Part shown: one piece after another, positions 25,414 to 38,032 of the stretch
Layout: each line of letters starts with the position of its first letter
Position numbering within the stretch: position 1 is the first letter of the stretch
Assembly (NCBI GenBank): GCA_052327205.1
Contig: CM126222.1
Location: 47,492,001 to 47,556,000, forward strand
Reading direction: 5' to 3'
Source of the DNA: Somniosus microcephalus
Taxonomy: Eukaryota
DNA: 64,000 nucleotides
Position numbers and translations under genes: made by a program
The notes under the pieces: model-generated
What the model saw: the letters and a program-made list of their open reading frames with translations, nothing else
Databases searched by the model: none
What the model was told of the DNA's origin: nothing

Positions 25414-28400
25414 AATCATTTTTTTAAACCAGCCATGGACAACATGATCTCTCTAGCATTCAGAGGCAACCAACTTGATTGCTGTTAGTGAAACTCTATA
25501 AATTGCTTTAAAAAATTTTTCTCACTTTACCATATTGAGGGATACTAAACAGAAATAACACCGAATATGCATTAAATTAAATACATCTTTATCTGTAGTG
25601 CTTTGTTCCCTTAGCGCGAATGCTTTTCAAAACATGATGCAGAATTTCTATATTATACCATTTGACCTAAAGGTCACCACTGATCATTTCATCGAAGAAT
25701 GGTCTGAGCCAATGTCTTCTCTATACCGTTCTATGATTGTCCAATAGGAATTTTCTCTCTTTCCCTGAAGAAATTGATTACTCCACTACCTGAAGATTCA
25801 TACATACTCATCTGCCTGAAAGACAGGTAGCAAAGTGTATATTAGGACTCTTTTGATTGAAGGAGCAATGGTGTACCGCTGCTCACAGGCTGTCTCGCGC
25901 TGTGATTTATTTAAAGTGTTGATTATTATATTTCCCTGGTTGATTGACTGCATTAAGCCACAAACATTTTGGTTTCTGGCGACACAAGATTCAAACAACT
26001 GCAGAATATTTTAACCTATTTTTCCACGTGTATTGGAATTCCCAGTCCTTGAGCCGCTGCTCCGCAGAATGTATCTATTGAACTTAAAATGATTTTTGTA
26101 CTTTAGTGATTTGTACATGAACATCCTGTTCTAACACAGGCTAAATATAAAATTAAAAAAAATAAACTGCATAAAAATGTCACCGTGTTTGTTTCCACCA
26201 TTTTATATCCATTATCTTGCCTATTACTGTAATAAGATAGTTGTGTTTTGTCTTGGCATCTTGCCTTAATCAAGCAATGTAATAAACAATATAATCTTGT
26301 TGATAATATTTAGGCAATGCATACTATATAATTCCATCTGTTGCAGCAAAGTTTTTTCCTCACTTTTGGAATATCTTGGATATCCCATATTTATTAATCT
26401 GCAGTGCTAGTGCAACGTATCTCTACTCAAATTTCCATATCCGGTAAAACTGACTGTGCCATTGTGTAATGATTTTGTATACAGTGCAGTAACTCCGCAT
26501 TAGCACCTGGTCATCACGTCAAAAGACAGCTAGTCAAAGGCAGCGTTGTCACCATTAAATAGTATGTTCTTTCCTAGAGTTTCAAAATCCAGCCTAATAG
26601 TTGCAAATCAAGCTATCTGTCAAACAAAGAAGCCTATTTCACTAGTGATTTGGGTCTGTGGTACTTCCATATATGAATTATTTATTGGTATAAAAATCCA
26701 GTGTATAGATGTCTGGCATAAAGATTGCATCCATAATACGATAAAAGATTACACATATTGGTTTTATGATAGAATTTCTCTGAAACCCACAACCATTCTG
26801 CATTGGCATCTAATAAGTTTCTTAAACACAACACAATACAGTATTAGACTATCAACAGAAACACATTTTCAAAAATGTTTTCTGTTCTTTGAGTATATAT
26901 AAAGTAAATAAAGTTTAAAAGGAAACAGTAGAAAATTAAGATTATGAAAGATTTGTATGTATCTGACAGGCCAGATGCTATTAAATCCTTTAGAGAACCT
27001 GTAAGAGTATGGAAGGTCCACTTTTTACTTACACTATATTAGCAAATTTAGGTGAAATGACATTTTGAATGCTGATTTACACATTCCCTATGTAACAACA
27101 GTAATTACACTTTAAGGTAGTTCATTGTATGTGAAGTGCTTTGCAATATTTGAGATGTGATCAGGTGCTATACAAATGTAAGCTTTTTGTTTTTTAACAT
27201 GAGAACCTTTTCACTTTGAAGGCAGCTAATAGTTGTCCTTCACTTTTAGATATTCCACCTATGAATGAGTGAAATTCTAGCTCTGATAGTCTTCTTCATA
27301 GTTAGATAAATACAATTGTCAATTCAACAAAGAAAGTCTACACCTAACTTTGGAATACTCCATAAACTTTTTTTTAGGATACACCTGACACTTCATGTTT
27401 CTATGTTAATTATTTTGCCTTCAGCAGCAGTGACACCAATTATGCTGAAAAACTTGTGGTTTTTCCAAGTTGTTTTGGTAGAACGTGCATGTCACATACA
27501 GTACAAGCCAACAATGAATGGAGAAAACACTTTGAAAATCAATTTCTTAGGTAAATATTAGAGAAGAAAGGTTTTAACTGTGTGAGCTGTAAAGGTTCTA
27601 TTCCAGAAATGGGCAGTAACAATCAGTGCCCAAATGCCTACATCTATAACTGAAGGAAATGCATATATTATATATTACAAAAAAGAACCAGAAACTTGCA
27701 GACAAATACTATAAAAAGATGGCGATGTCACTGTCCACAGCTAGCATTCTGCCATTCATAAAAAGGACCCAAGGGTTCTTGGGGAATTTTGTTCGTAGGG
27801 TCCTGAGTCAATGCTGATGTCCTTAAACCTGCTGTAAGTAAATTCACACCATCGCTGTAATTTTGAAAAAGAATGCCTATTGTACTCCTTACTCAAACTT
27901 GTTTTCAGCGAAGAAAAATAAAAAGTCAAAGTTAACCTTCCAAATAAAATCAAGTTGGTAACAGTGGAAGTTCTAGGCCATTGAAATTGACACCGAAGCC
28001 ACAAGTCATTTCGGTGCTAATTGTAACAAAAATGAAGCATTTATATCTGATTTATGGTAGTATTGGCTCATTCCTTTCTTTCACAGTACATATGAGGTTA
28101 AAAGCCAGGTTCATTCACAGAAAATGACCCAGCTTGTTTTCATATAAAAACTCATGTTTTTTGTGTGACCAGGTACCCGAAGGAGAGGCCAAGCCATTCA
28201 AATACAAACTTCTTTGTTTGATTTTGAATTGAGACATATTTATATTTTCTTTGTCCTAATCATCGATTGAAAAGCATCTCTCCGTCTGTCTTGTCAAAAT
28301 GAGGTAATCAGGGAGAGAGAGAGAATCTGTCCCATAAAATGTTAACATGCGGGGGCCCCCGTAGCCTTTGCAGTTCAGCACAGCAGACTCTTAACCTGCT

Positions 28401-29079
28401 TTCCGGGGGGCGGGGGAGTTAAACCTACAGCTACTGCAAATCTCGTCTCACATTCACTGGCCTGGTGTAGAAATTGTGATATTTTTCAAAGCCTGGTATC
28501 TTACGGCTGTACTCGGTCTTCCCAGTTGTGCTGCAGACCCTCTTAAAGACCGACAGTTGTGGGCCACCGGTGGGCGCCGCGGGGACTGGAGTGCGTAATC
28601 GATTTAAGAGGCCAAATTTTAATTTGATTAATCGGGTCATTTAAAGGGTTTATTTGTTTAAGGGTTTATTTTTGGGTTTATAAAAAGAGGACAGTTGTGG
28701 GCCGTGTGACCTAGTTACTCACATTTAAAACATCTAATTCCCATGGAATTGCCCCCTCTGTGTTTTGTTTAGCTGTATTGACCGGCTAGCCCTGCGTGGA
28801 CTGATCAGGAGACAGCTCACCAGTTGGACGGTGTGGGACATCTGACTTCCCACATGCGTGACCATTTCCTGCGCGATCGAGGCCAAAAATGATCAGCATT
28901 TTGCCCGATTGCATGTTTTCTGAGTTAACACCCATATCGTCAAAACATCTTGGAACCACTTCTAGAAACCAAATCCCTTACTATTAATTGACTTACCCCT
29001 TATCAACTCTCTCACTCTTCCTATCTAGCTATAATTCCCAAATAACATGAAGCTGTCTGATTAGTTCTATCTAAATCCC

Positions 29080-29200
29080 ATGAGGTTTTCCGCAACTTCT
29101 TAAATATTTGCCTGTACGCTTCAGGTGTTAAATCATTTGCATTAAGAACAGCACGCTTTACAGTGGCCTCGTTTGCACTGTCGATTCGATTCACATGGAA
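29080..29200 (-). mobile_element. Gypsy (Gmr1-like) gag / SCAN-related fragment
   Basis: Minus strand ATVKRAVLNANDLTPEAYRQIFKKLRK resembles the Gmr1-type gag/SCAN motif (Y..VK.A.L.AYEL.PEAYRQ.FR). Confidence 0.6.
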
Positions 29201-29840
29201 ATATTGTGAGCGTTTTACCACGGAAGGCTGATACGAGCAATTTGGCTCAAACCTCCTCGTTCCACTTATAAAGAGTATTAAATATGAAGAAATAACAACA
29301 GATATGAAGAGTCGTGTTTACAATTATCGCAGGCTTTACTGTTACCCTTGCAATATCGAAAACGGCATTCAACATAAAACTGCCTGTTTTAATCTGGTCC
29401 CATATGCCTGTTCACTCGCATGGAGTCTATGGTTTGCCCTATCGCTGCGGGCATAAACGTCGAGGGCCTCGATTGCCAGTGGGCAGTGCCATCCCTTTGG
29501 CGGCGTTTGTCTGCAGGTCTCTCTGCAGCAGATGGCACGGCGTTGCAACTCCCTGCTGAACCGCTGCCAGGTCGCTGTGCCCCAGTCTGGAGATACGATC
29601 GCTGGGACAAGGGCAGGTGCAGTCGTCTGGCTCTGGTGCCAGCCGATGTTCCTGGCATGTCTTTGTTCTTCATCCTCTTGTTTGAAATCTTGTAATAAGG
29701 GGAGCATTGAAAGCAATCCCCATAGCTTTCAAAGGAATGGCAGGTACAAAATAACAGTCCACCTTTAAGGGATAATTTTACTGAAAATCGGAAACAAAAA
29801 GAGAAAAAGTTGGAAATATACGGCAGGCAATATATAAAGG

Positions 29841-30306
29841 AAAAAAAAGACTTGCATTTATATAGCGCCTTTCACGAGCACCGGACACCCCAAGGCGTTT
29901 TACAGCCAACAAAGTAGCTTTTGAAGTGTAGTCACTGTCCTAATGTGGGAAACGGGGCAGACAATTTGCGCACAGCAAGCTCCCACAAACAGCAATGTGA
30001 AAATGACCAATCATCTGTTTTAGTGATATTGATGGAGGGATAAATGTTGGCCAGGACACCGGGGATAACTCCCCTGCTCCTCTTCGAAATAGTGCCATGG
30101 GATCTTTTACCTCCACCTGAGAGAGCAGACAGGGCCTCAGTTTAATGTCTCATCTGAAAGACAGCACCTCCGACAGTGCAGCACTCCCTCAGCACTGCAC
30201 TGGAGTGTCAGCCTAGATTTTTGTGCTCAAGTCCCTGGAGTGGGACATTTAAACGACAACCTTCTGACTCAGGCCTGGGTGCTACCCACTGAGCCACAGC
30301 TGGCAC
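29841..30306 (-). mobile_element. full-length DeuSINE (SacSINE1/AmnSINE-like)
   Basis: Reverse complement: tRNA-like head gtgccagctgtggctcagtgggtagcac, central ggaggtgctgtctttcagatgagacattaaactgaggcc (Deu domain), L2-type tail ggcgctatataaatgcaagtc. Confidence 0.88.
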
Positions 30307-30859
30307 TATATATATGTATCATGGAGAAAACAGTCACCATTTTTTCTTGTACCTTTCTTCATAACTGAACGAGCATATTAATAGTAGAGGAAAGGAGAGG
30401 AACAAATAATCATTAATGGAACCATCGTCAGATGATGTAACAGATCATTTCCATCAAGCAATAGAAAGAAGTATCACATAAATTAAAAACATTAAATTAA
30501 TAAAAGGACATTGTCTGGCCTACTTGATATGATGTCCAGTTTGACTGAAGCAACTGTCCCAAGATTCAATCGCACAACCGTGTCTCCCAAAAACAAAGTA
30601 ACACACAACCCTGTTAATTGAGCTTAATTTGTGTCCGTCTCTTCCTCCTCCATGAAGGTACCAGAAACCATTAAGGAGTTTTGGTCCAAACAGTTCATTC
30701 TCCATAGGATATCATGTTTTGGATATAAAATGTGGAAATGTTGAAAAATAGGAAAGAAAGACCTTAATTGCAGCCACGAAGGAATACCAGACAAGGACAA
30801 GCTTTTGGCGTGAGAACAATGGATTCAATGAGAGGGGGTGGCTGGTCAATTATGTTGCC

Positions 30860-31057
30860 GGTTGTTTGAGGCGGCGGCGCCTTTAAATACCATTGTGGAG
30901 GGCGGGCTAAAGGAAATGACGATCTGTTTTGAAATCCAATTCATCTTGACAAGTCATCTGTGATTTAGACCAGCAGGATTAGCCATCGGCAGAGCTACTT
31001 AAACGCAGTTGCTGACGAAATTCGCTCACTTTCGTGCTCTCCTATATAAAAAAAAAG
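30860..31057 (+). promoter_or_regulatory. probable promoter / 5' UTR of the downstream gene
   Basis: Local CpG enrichment, gcggcggcgc, GC box gagggcggg (30898-30906) and ccaat (about 30936) directly upstream of the ATG at 31058. Confidence 0.55.
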
Positions 31058-31468
31058 ATGGAGGTGGCCGTGGATGCTTATCTGGCTGTGCCGCTTCTCT
31101 TCACCGTGCTGGCTGTTCTTATTGCTTCTTTATATTTGAAATTCAGACCTTCCGATGCTAAAGACGAGGCGACGAGTTCGAAAGTTGACGAGAGCAAAAC
31201 CGCAGAGGAGCCAAAGGGCGATGCGGGGGAAGAATTGGCCAAGAAGCCCGAGGATGTGAGCGAGGAGAAGGCGGAGAAGAGCGCCGAGGAGTCGGGGAAA
31301 GCCAAAGGCAAAGTAACGGTGGAGGAGCTCGGAGCTGAAGAGGGGAAACTCCAGAGCGAAGACACGAATAAAAAGTCCGAGAAGGAGCCGGCACCACAAG
31401 AGGAGGAGAAGAGCCCCAAAACTAGCGAAGCGAAGCAAGAGCCCACTCACCCCGAGAAGGTTAAAAAG
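31058..31468 (+). CDS. MXRA7: probable MXRA7 (matrix remodeling associated 7) coding exon 1
   Basis: aagATGg start. MEVAVDAYLAVPLLFTVLAVLIASLYLKFR is a hydrophobic signal-anchor, followed by an E/K-rich low-complexity segment. Phase-0 donor AAG|gtagtt; CpG-rich. Gene name rests on architecture plus known vertebrate synteny (MXRA7 downstream of JMJD6, same strand); the conserved C-terminal exons are not in the window. Confidence 0.8.
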
Positions 31469-34400
31469 GTAGTTATTTTTTTTAAAAAATTCCAAGAATG
31501 CATTTTTTTGTGTTGCAAATGGGCTGCAGTTTTTGCACACGTACTATTACTGAAAGCGAAATCTGTGATTCTGCAGTTAGTAGGAAGGTGACGTGGAGCA
31601 GAAATCCAGATGTGGTCATGTGTCAAATACCCGTTCAAGGTTTTTTTTAATCTGAAGTTGCGGTTTCAGGCGGCCTTTGCAACAACTAACTGTTTGGGAG
31701 GCGAGTGTTGGGAGGCTGTCACTGGGGGCTGAGACGAGGCTGCGCCACTGCTGCATTAGACTGTCTGGCACCACCTCAGTACTCGATCAATAGCCCCTCC
31801 ACTGCAGCACTCGGCTCGGCGTATTCCTCACTACACACCTTCCGCCACTTTCCAAGCTCCCAAGAATTGTGGGGGTTTTTGTTTAAAGAGATGGCCATGT
31901 CTCAATCATTGATCATTTACATTTTTAATCGACTGCACCTTTTTTTTTAAATAAAACTTTTCTACAGGATATTTTAACAAAGCGGTGACTTTTTTTTTTG
32001 TGTGGGGTGTTAACTACACATTTAAACCTGCATTCTGAATGCCAAGTTTGTCAAATTGCACTGAGATAACAATGGTCCCGTGGAGTGGTTGTGAGCTCGC
32101 AGTCTGGTCTGCCACACCCGGCTGCTCCGAATCCCAGTGCTGTCCTGGGCATGCAGCAGGTGGAACTGGACCAAGTCCCCACCCCTCTCCTCGCATGTGA
32201 CCCCCCCCCCGGGCCCACTCTTTGGGAACTCAAGCCAGTTCACCTATTGGTTCTGTATGTCTTGGAGCGTTGCTGCAAATCGCGTTTTTGTTGATTTCTG
32301 GTCATTATTTGTTGATTTCTACACGAAGCCCACAGGTTTGCTTATCCTACTGCAGAACAGGAACTGGTCATTTGTTTATACCGCAACTCTAAGAATTATG
32401 TTTAAATTAGAGTCTTGTCTGATCTGACGAGTGAGCTAGAGGAGACCTGTTCAACACCACATGGAGTAGAAATCTGCTGTGATGTAATGTGTAGTTTAAA
32501 AGGTTCTCGAAGACCCAGTGGACCTTTTTTTGAGTCCTTGTTCTAAAATGTTTTGGAGTCTCCATACTCCTGCCTGTGCTCTCCACATTCATATTTACCA
32601 GTTGGAAAGGGAGCTTTGTGCATCCCAGGTGTTCATCTGAAGAGCGCTCTCCTGGGCAAAAAATTCCAGTTGGTGTCGGACACTAACAGATACAGCATCT
32701 ACTGGCCAGCTCCTGTTTGCACCTGAAGGCTTGGGCCCATATTCACACAAGCAGTGTACCTCATTTCCAGGTTATCAGTCAGTATCCAGGAGAACCTCCT
32801 GTTTTTGGGTACAAACACTTTGAAAACATTTATTTACACCTTTTAAACACCAAGTATTATGAAAATAGTGGCATTCCATTCAGCATATTGTCCGGCCTAT
32901 TGAATATAATTATCCTAATGTTCAATTTGACCCAACTGGGTTGGGGAGTGGAAGTGATGTCTCGTCGTGGTTGGGGGGTTCATCTATCTGGTTTATTTAA
33001 TCTTATGACCTTGTGTATATCCTTTTTGAGGGGGAAATTCAAGGAAAAGGAAACTGGGTTGGCTTTTGGTAGGGAAAGGGCAGACATTTGGGTATTTTGA
33101 TGTGGCCTGCTAATTCATGCAGTTTACTTAACAATTTGCAAATTAGTTAGAAGTGCATTTCAATTTGTAGTTCTGGGAGAGAAGTGAATAGGGGGGGGGA
33201 GAATTAGTTAAGTATCAACTCCTGCAATAATTCTAGATGTCTGGTATTAAACAACATTGATGCACTATCCCCAAGTGAAACTTTGCCTCCACAATTGATG
33301 TGCAGCCTGTGCTGCTGGGTATCTTATTTGTACAGTGATTTTATGTCTATTGGTTCTGCTTCTAAATTAAGTAGGTAGGATGGACACCACATTTATTTAA
33401 AAAAAAAAAAAAAAAATTAAAAATGGATGCTTCCAAGATGACACGACACCCTTATCTAATGAATAGCTGAGCTTAACAAATCAAGATGGTCTCTTGCACG
33501 ATCCCTGATTTGTGCTGAGTTAGTTCTTCTCCACCAGGACAACAGTAAGGCTTTTACAGTTGATCTGAATGCTGCTGTTAAGGGAAACTTGGCTAGGGTT
33601 TCTGATTGCCATCCATTGATCCCAGCTCTGTGTGCATGTTAAATTTTTGGCTAGGATTAGATTTGGGTATGATTTTTCCCCTGCTCCCCTCTTTTGTGAC
33701 TAGCTTTGATGATTCACTGTTGTAACTAGTGTCGTGGGCACTGGAGTGAGGTACTGAAGGACACCTGAGCCTAATTGAAATCTACCCAAAAAAGCAATCA
33801 ATGGTATGAGCAAAAGATGGAAGACAATTAGCACTGCTTGGGGGGAGTGATGAAGTCTTAGAAGATTTTAGATACTTGATATATCAAGGAGATGATGAAT
33901 CATTCTCCCTGGCTCCACTCCGGAGGAAAGTCAATGAAATGTCAATTTCTACAGAATTGGAATGAATAAAACATTTGAGAATCCAGGGGTTTAAAGCTAC
34001 AAAATTCAGTGTTCCATATACTTGTCCACCCATAAGCTGATCACATATCTACTTATACATGTGCATGCATAGCATATTTACAAGTTGAGTTGCATGGTGC
34101 AGTTTGTGATCTGTACACTTTTTTGGATTTGTTTTGTGAATATCATCCATAAGATAGATAGATATATTTTTCAGCTAAATGTTGAATTATGCAACAAATG
34201 TGCTTGGTAACTCTCTTGGGAACTTAAACTTAGTTCAGGAATGTATTGTATTTTAAATGAAGTAAGTTACACTTGCCACTATTAATGGAAAATCCAAATA
34301 GGATGGTTCAGTAGGAAACTCCAAATGTAAGTCGGTTGGATCACTTTTGAACCCCTGAACACACTGCTCCAAGCTTTGTTTGCAACACTTATAAATCCTG

Positions 34401-35374
34401 CATAATTGGCACAATTTCCACAAATTTACCTGCAACATGAGGAAAAACAGCATTTGGAATTTCTGAATTTGTGCAAGGATGATGGACACTTCTGATGGAA
34501 CATAGTGATAATACAGTTCAAGGATTTAAGGTTACATATAAATAGTGAACGTTTTTAAAACTAGCAGGTTAAAGGCTCAAAGCTGAAGTGCAGGGCATCC
34601 CCAAAATATTGAGCTGAATTTAAGGATTTACTGCAGCACATTTGCCATGTCTTGCTGTTGTTTTCTTGCATTCATTGCAGGGGGATGAGTTACCAATTTT
34701 TATAGCACTGACGAGAATGAAGCAAGAAAGTTGGGTGGGGGGGGGGGGGAACCAATTGCTTGCAACTTGGGTGCCTGTTTTATTAAAGGGTTTTGTCATG
34801 TGTACTGAGATGCCATTCAGTTACTGTACCACTGTAGAGTACATTCCCAATTACTTGAGCCTTTAATAAACCTCCCATTCCTGCTATAATTCCAGTGATT
34901 GATATATATTTTAGCTGTGCCCTTTCCCTGGCTATAATAGGATGCCCAGAACTGCAGCCTAACAATACCTTGCACAAATCTGTACATTGTATTTATATTC
35001 AGTGGCCCTGTTTCACATGACCTGCCATTTACAAATCTTTGACTCTAGCCTGTGCTATTCAATTATTCACTCATATATTTTAAGCACAATTTTGGGCAGA
35101 TTTCCAGTTGTGCTTGGTGTGGAGCCTTGCCTGCTGGGAGCACATATTGGGAACTCTGTGCAGCCCATGATTTTCATTCATTAAAATTGACCTTAATCTG
35201 TAAAGTTTACCTGCAGTCTAAATGACTTTGAATTGTGAAATAATTAAGTTTAGTACTGTAACCTTGTGAACATGGTCACGCTGAAAGCTTTATGCTACCT
35301 GTCTGTGCACCACACTAATGTCATTCTTTTTGCTTGTATGTGATTCGTTACTATTTTCCTTCACAAAATAAGAG

Positions 35375-35590
35375 AAAGACTTGGATTTATATAGTGCCTT
35401 TCTGGACCTCTGAACATCCCAAAGTGCTTTAAAGCCAATTAAGTACTTCTGAAGTGTAGTTACTGTTGTAATGTAGGAAATGCAGCAACCAATTTGTGCA
35501 CAGCAAGGTCCCACAGACAGCAATATGGTGATCACCAGATCATTTGTTTTGGATGTTGGTTGAGGGATAGATATTGGCCAGGATACTGTT
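35375..35590 (-). mobile_element. DeuSINE 3' half
   Basis: gacttggatttatatagtgcctt...gaagtgtagttactgttgtaatgtaggaaatgcagcaaccaatttgtgcacagcaag aligns by eye with 29849-30060. Confidence 0.8.
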
Positions 35591-36016
35591 GGTCATCTGC
35601 CCCCCCCCACCCCCTCCTTAACCAGTGTCCAATGGACTTGGTGAGTGTTTTTTAAACGAGAACAGCAGTACTATGGTAACAAGTCTTCAGAGACCGGAAG
35701 CTTTTGAAACATTGTCACAAATTATTATATTTTGCATCATCTTGGCAGGAAGCAATCTTTTTGTGGGAATGTCTTATCTGTACTTGGCCTGTTCCAAACA
35801 ATTTACAGACCTGTAAAGCCTTGCTCATGTGAATTTGAGAATTGCTTGTTTTTGTTTTGAAAGCTCAAGTAATGTGATGTTTGTCACTCTGGGGAAAATA
35901 AATTGCTTGAAATATTTAATAGGATTTGGAATTGGTCCCCCTATTTTTTTAATATAACAACAAATCTCTCCCAGCTTTTCCCCAGTGCCAATGTCTCAAC
36001 ACAAGTGAGGAACAGC

Positions 36017-36173
36017 TAGGGTTGCCAGCTCTGGACATATTCTAAGGGTTTCATCACAGGACCCCTACCCCACCATTTAAAAAATGTCCCATGATATTTC
36101 TCCTAGGTTGCTCGTAGCAAAGTTGTGGCAATCAATCTTTAATTCCTGGAGACACTGCTGGATCGGTCACCCG
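36017..36173. mobile_element. possible decayed hAT-type MITE
   Basis: Imperfect termini tagggttgcca / cggtcacccga. TSD not evident. Confidence 0.3.
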
Positions 36174-37750
36174 ATAGCCTGCTAGGAATCTCAAACCTCA
36201 ATTCAGTTGAGTGGTTTTGTTTCGTTTCCAAGATCTTCTGTGGGGAAGATCTAGTGGTCATTCAAAAGGCTTAATTGCAGTTTCAGATTGAAAGGCCAGA
36301 TCCTTGCTTAATCTGCATCTGCTTGTTTTAGTTCTTTGCTATCTAATGATGCACAGTCCAGCCCTATGGTGAGAAATGATATTGGTGTTTGCACAGTGAG
36401 GAATATTCATTTAGACAAGGAGTGCATTTTCTCTGATTGATTGGCTAGGATGTTGATTCTAAACCTTCAGGTAAAAGTCATAGTTTGTGCAGCAATGTTT
36501 TTGAATTCTAAATGAATCTGCAGGAGTAAAACCTTTTTTAGAATTGATATGTATTCAGTGGCAAGCCCCCTTTTTAAAAGTGTCCTATGTTAGCCCTTGA
36601 AGCATAATGGCCACAAAGCTGAAATAAACTAAATGATTCTCCTCCAGTCTAGGTAAGAATTCCCTTGTCCATTAACCTTGGTAATCCTTTTTGCAGGTCC
36701 AAATACTATTCCTATTGCCTTTTCTGTTTTTTGCAAACTTTACAGCATTTTTTGCAAATTCAGTTTTTCATTTATGCTTGAAGACTTGTGGATGTCATGT
36801 TGGCCATTGACAGCTTTTGCATGCTTGAATGGCCTGAAATAGTCCAGTTTTTCCCTGAACATTACCGAATTGATTCCAATCCTATGTTAGACTGGCATGA
36901 GGTGCCATGTTTACAAAACATTGCGAGCACTTTGCACTTTGTCTAAAAAGGCATAAATCTGTTTATGCTGAAAAGCAAGCTCCACTGAATCACAATCCTG
37001 CCTCGAAGGGGAAAAATATTAAACCTAGTTGATGTCCACTCTGGTTCCAGTATGAGCCAAGAGAAAAGTTTGGTTTTTTTTCCTCCAATTAACTAGTTTT
37101 GTTTTAAATTGAACTGACAATGGGGTGTGAATCTACCATTTTGATTCTGTTGGTTAGTGAATGTATTCAATGTCCACTTCATTCATGTTGCCACTAGTCA
37201 ATCTCTCAACTGAAGGCAACTTTTAATGTGCAGGGTTTTTTGTTTTAAACTAACTTCACTGACTTTGAATTCAATAAAAGGTGTCTGCCATTTTGGGAAG
37301 GGGGGGAAATTTTTTTTTTATATAATGTGAATGACAGCATACCATGTGTTTATAAACTGTAGGAGGAAGCTTACCCAGACCTCTTATTCCTTCTCCCCCC
37401 CCCCCCCCCCCCACCTCCTCCACTTTGGGTTTTGGGATCTGCAAGAGTGTGAATGTACAACAAATGTCAATGCTGCCTATTATCACCTAACAGCCAAATT
37501 TGTCATGTGGCCCAATTGAAAGCTAGTGGTGATTGTGTGTTTACACACTAAAGTCTCTGGCTGTAAGTCTTACATTTTTTAAGTTCAGCTGGGCAGCCTG
37601 AACCAAATTCCTCCTAGGAACATGCTCAGTGCAGAAATAAAGCTAATGGGAGAAATAAAAACAGTTGGAGGTGCAGGAAAATATGCTGCTCCAACTGGGG
37701 GTTGGTCACATTGGGTAGAGCAGAGGGAACTTTATTTTCTATCTGCCCAA

Positions 37751-38006
37751 TGTGATGAAATATTCCATCATCACTCATCAGTATTTCTCTGCCTGTGGTT
37801 GGTTTCAGTTTCATTTCCATTGTATTGTACTGTGTGTAGGGCTCCGCCCATACCTGGCTCCTATGTAAGCTGGCCCAGCTTGCAGCACATCCAGTACGGC
37901 AGACCTCTGGATGGAAGATACATTCTCCTGTGTGTTACCTTCTAAGTCAATAAAAGCCTTGTTTTGTTTTGCTAACATCGAGTCTCTGATCTATTGAGGC
38001 ACATCA
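37751..38006 (+). repeat. 5' LTR (256 bp)
   Basis: tgtgatgaaatattcc...gaggcacatca, AATAAA at 37949-37954. Direct repeat of 41702-41969. Confidence 0.93.
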
Positions 38007-38032
38007 ATTTTATTGACTTAATTTTCAACACA

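Noticed and set aside
31043-31050. TATATAAA before the ATG
   Set aside because: Only about 15 nt from the start codon, too close to be the TATA box for this reading frame; probably A-rich 5' UTR.
31078-31540. Three antisense ORFs over the MXRA7-like exon
   Set aside because: Shadows of a purine-rich, GC-rich coding exon.
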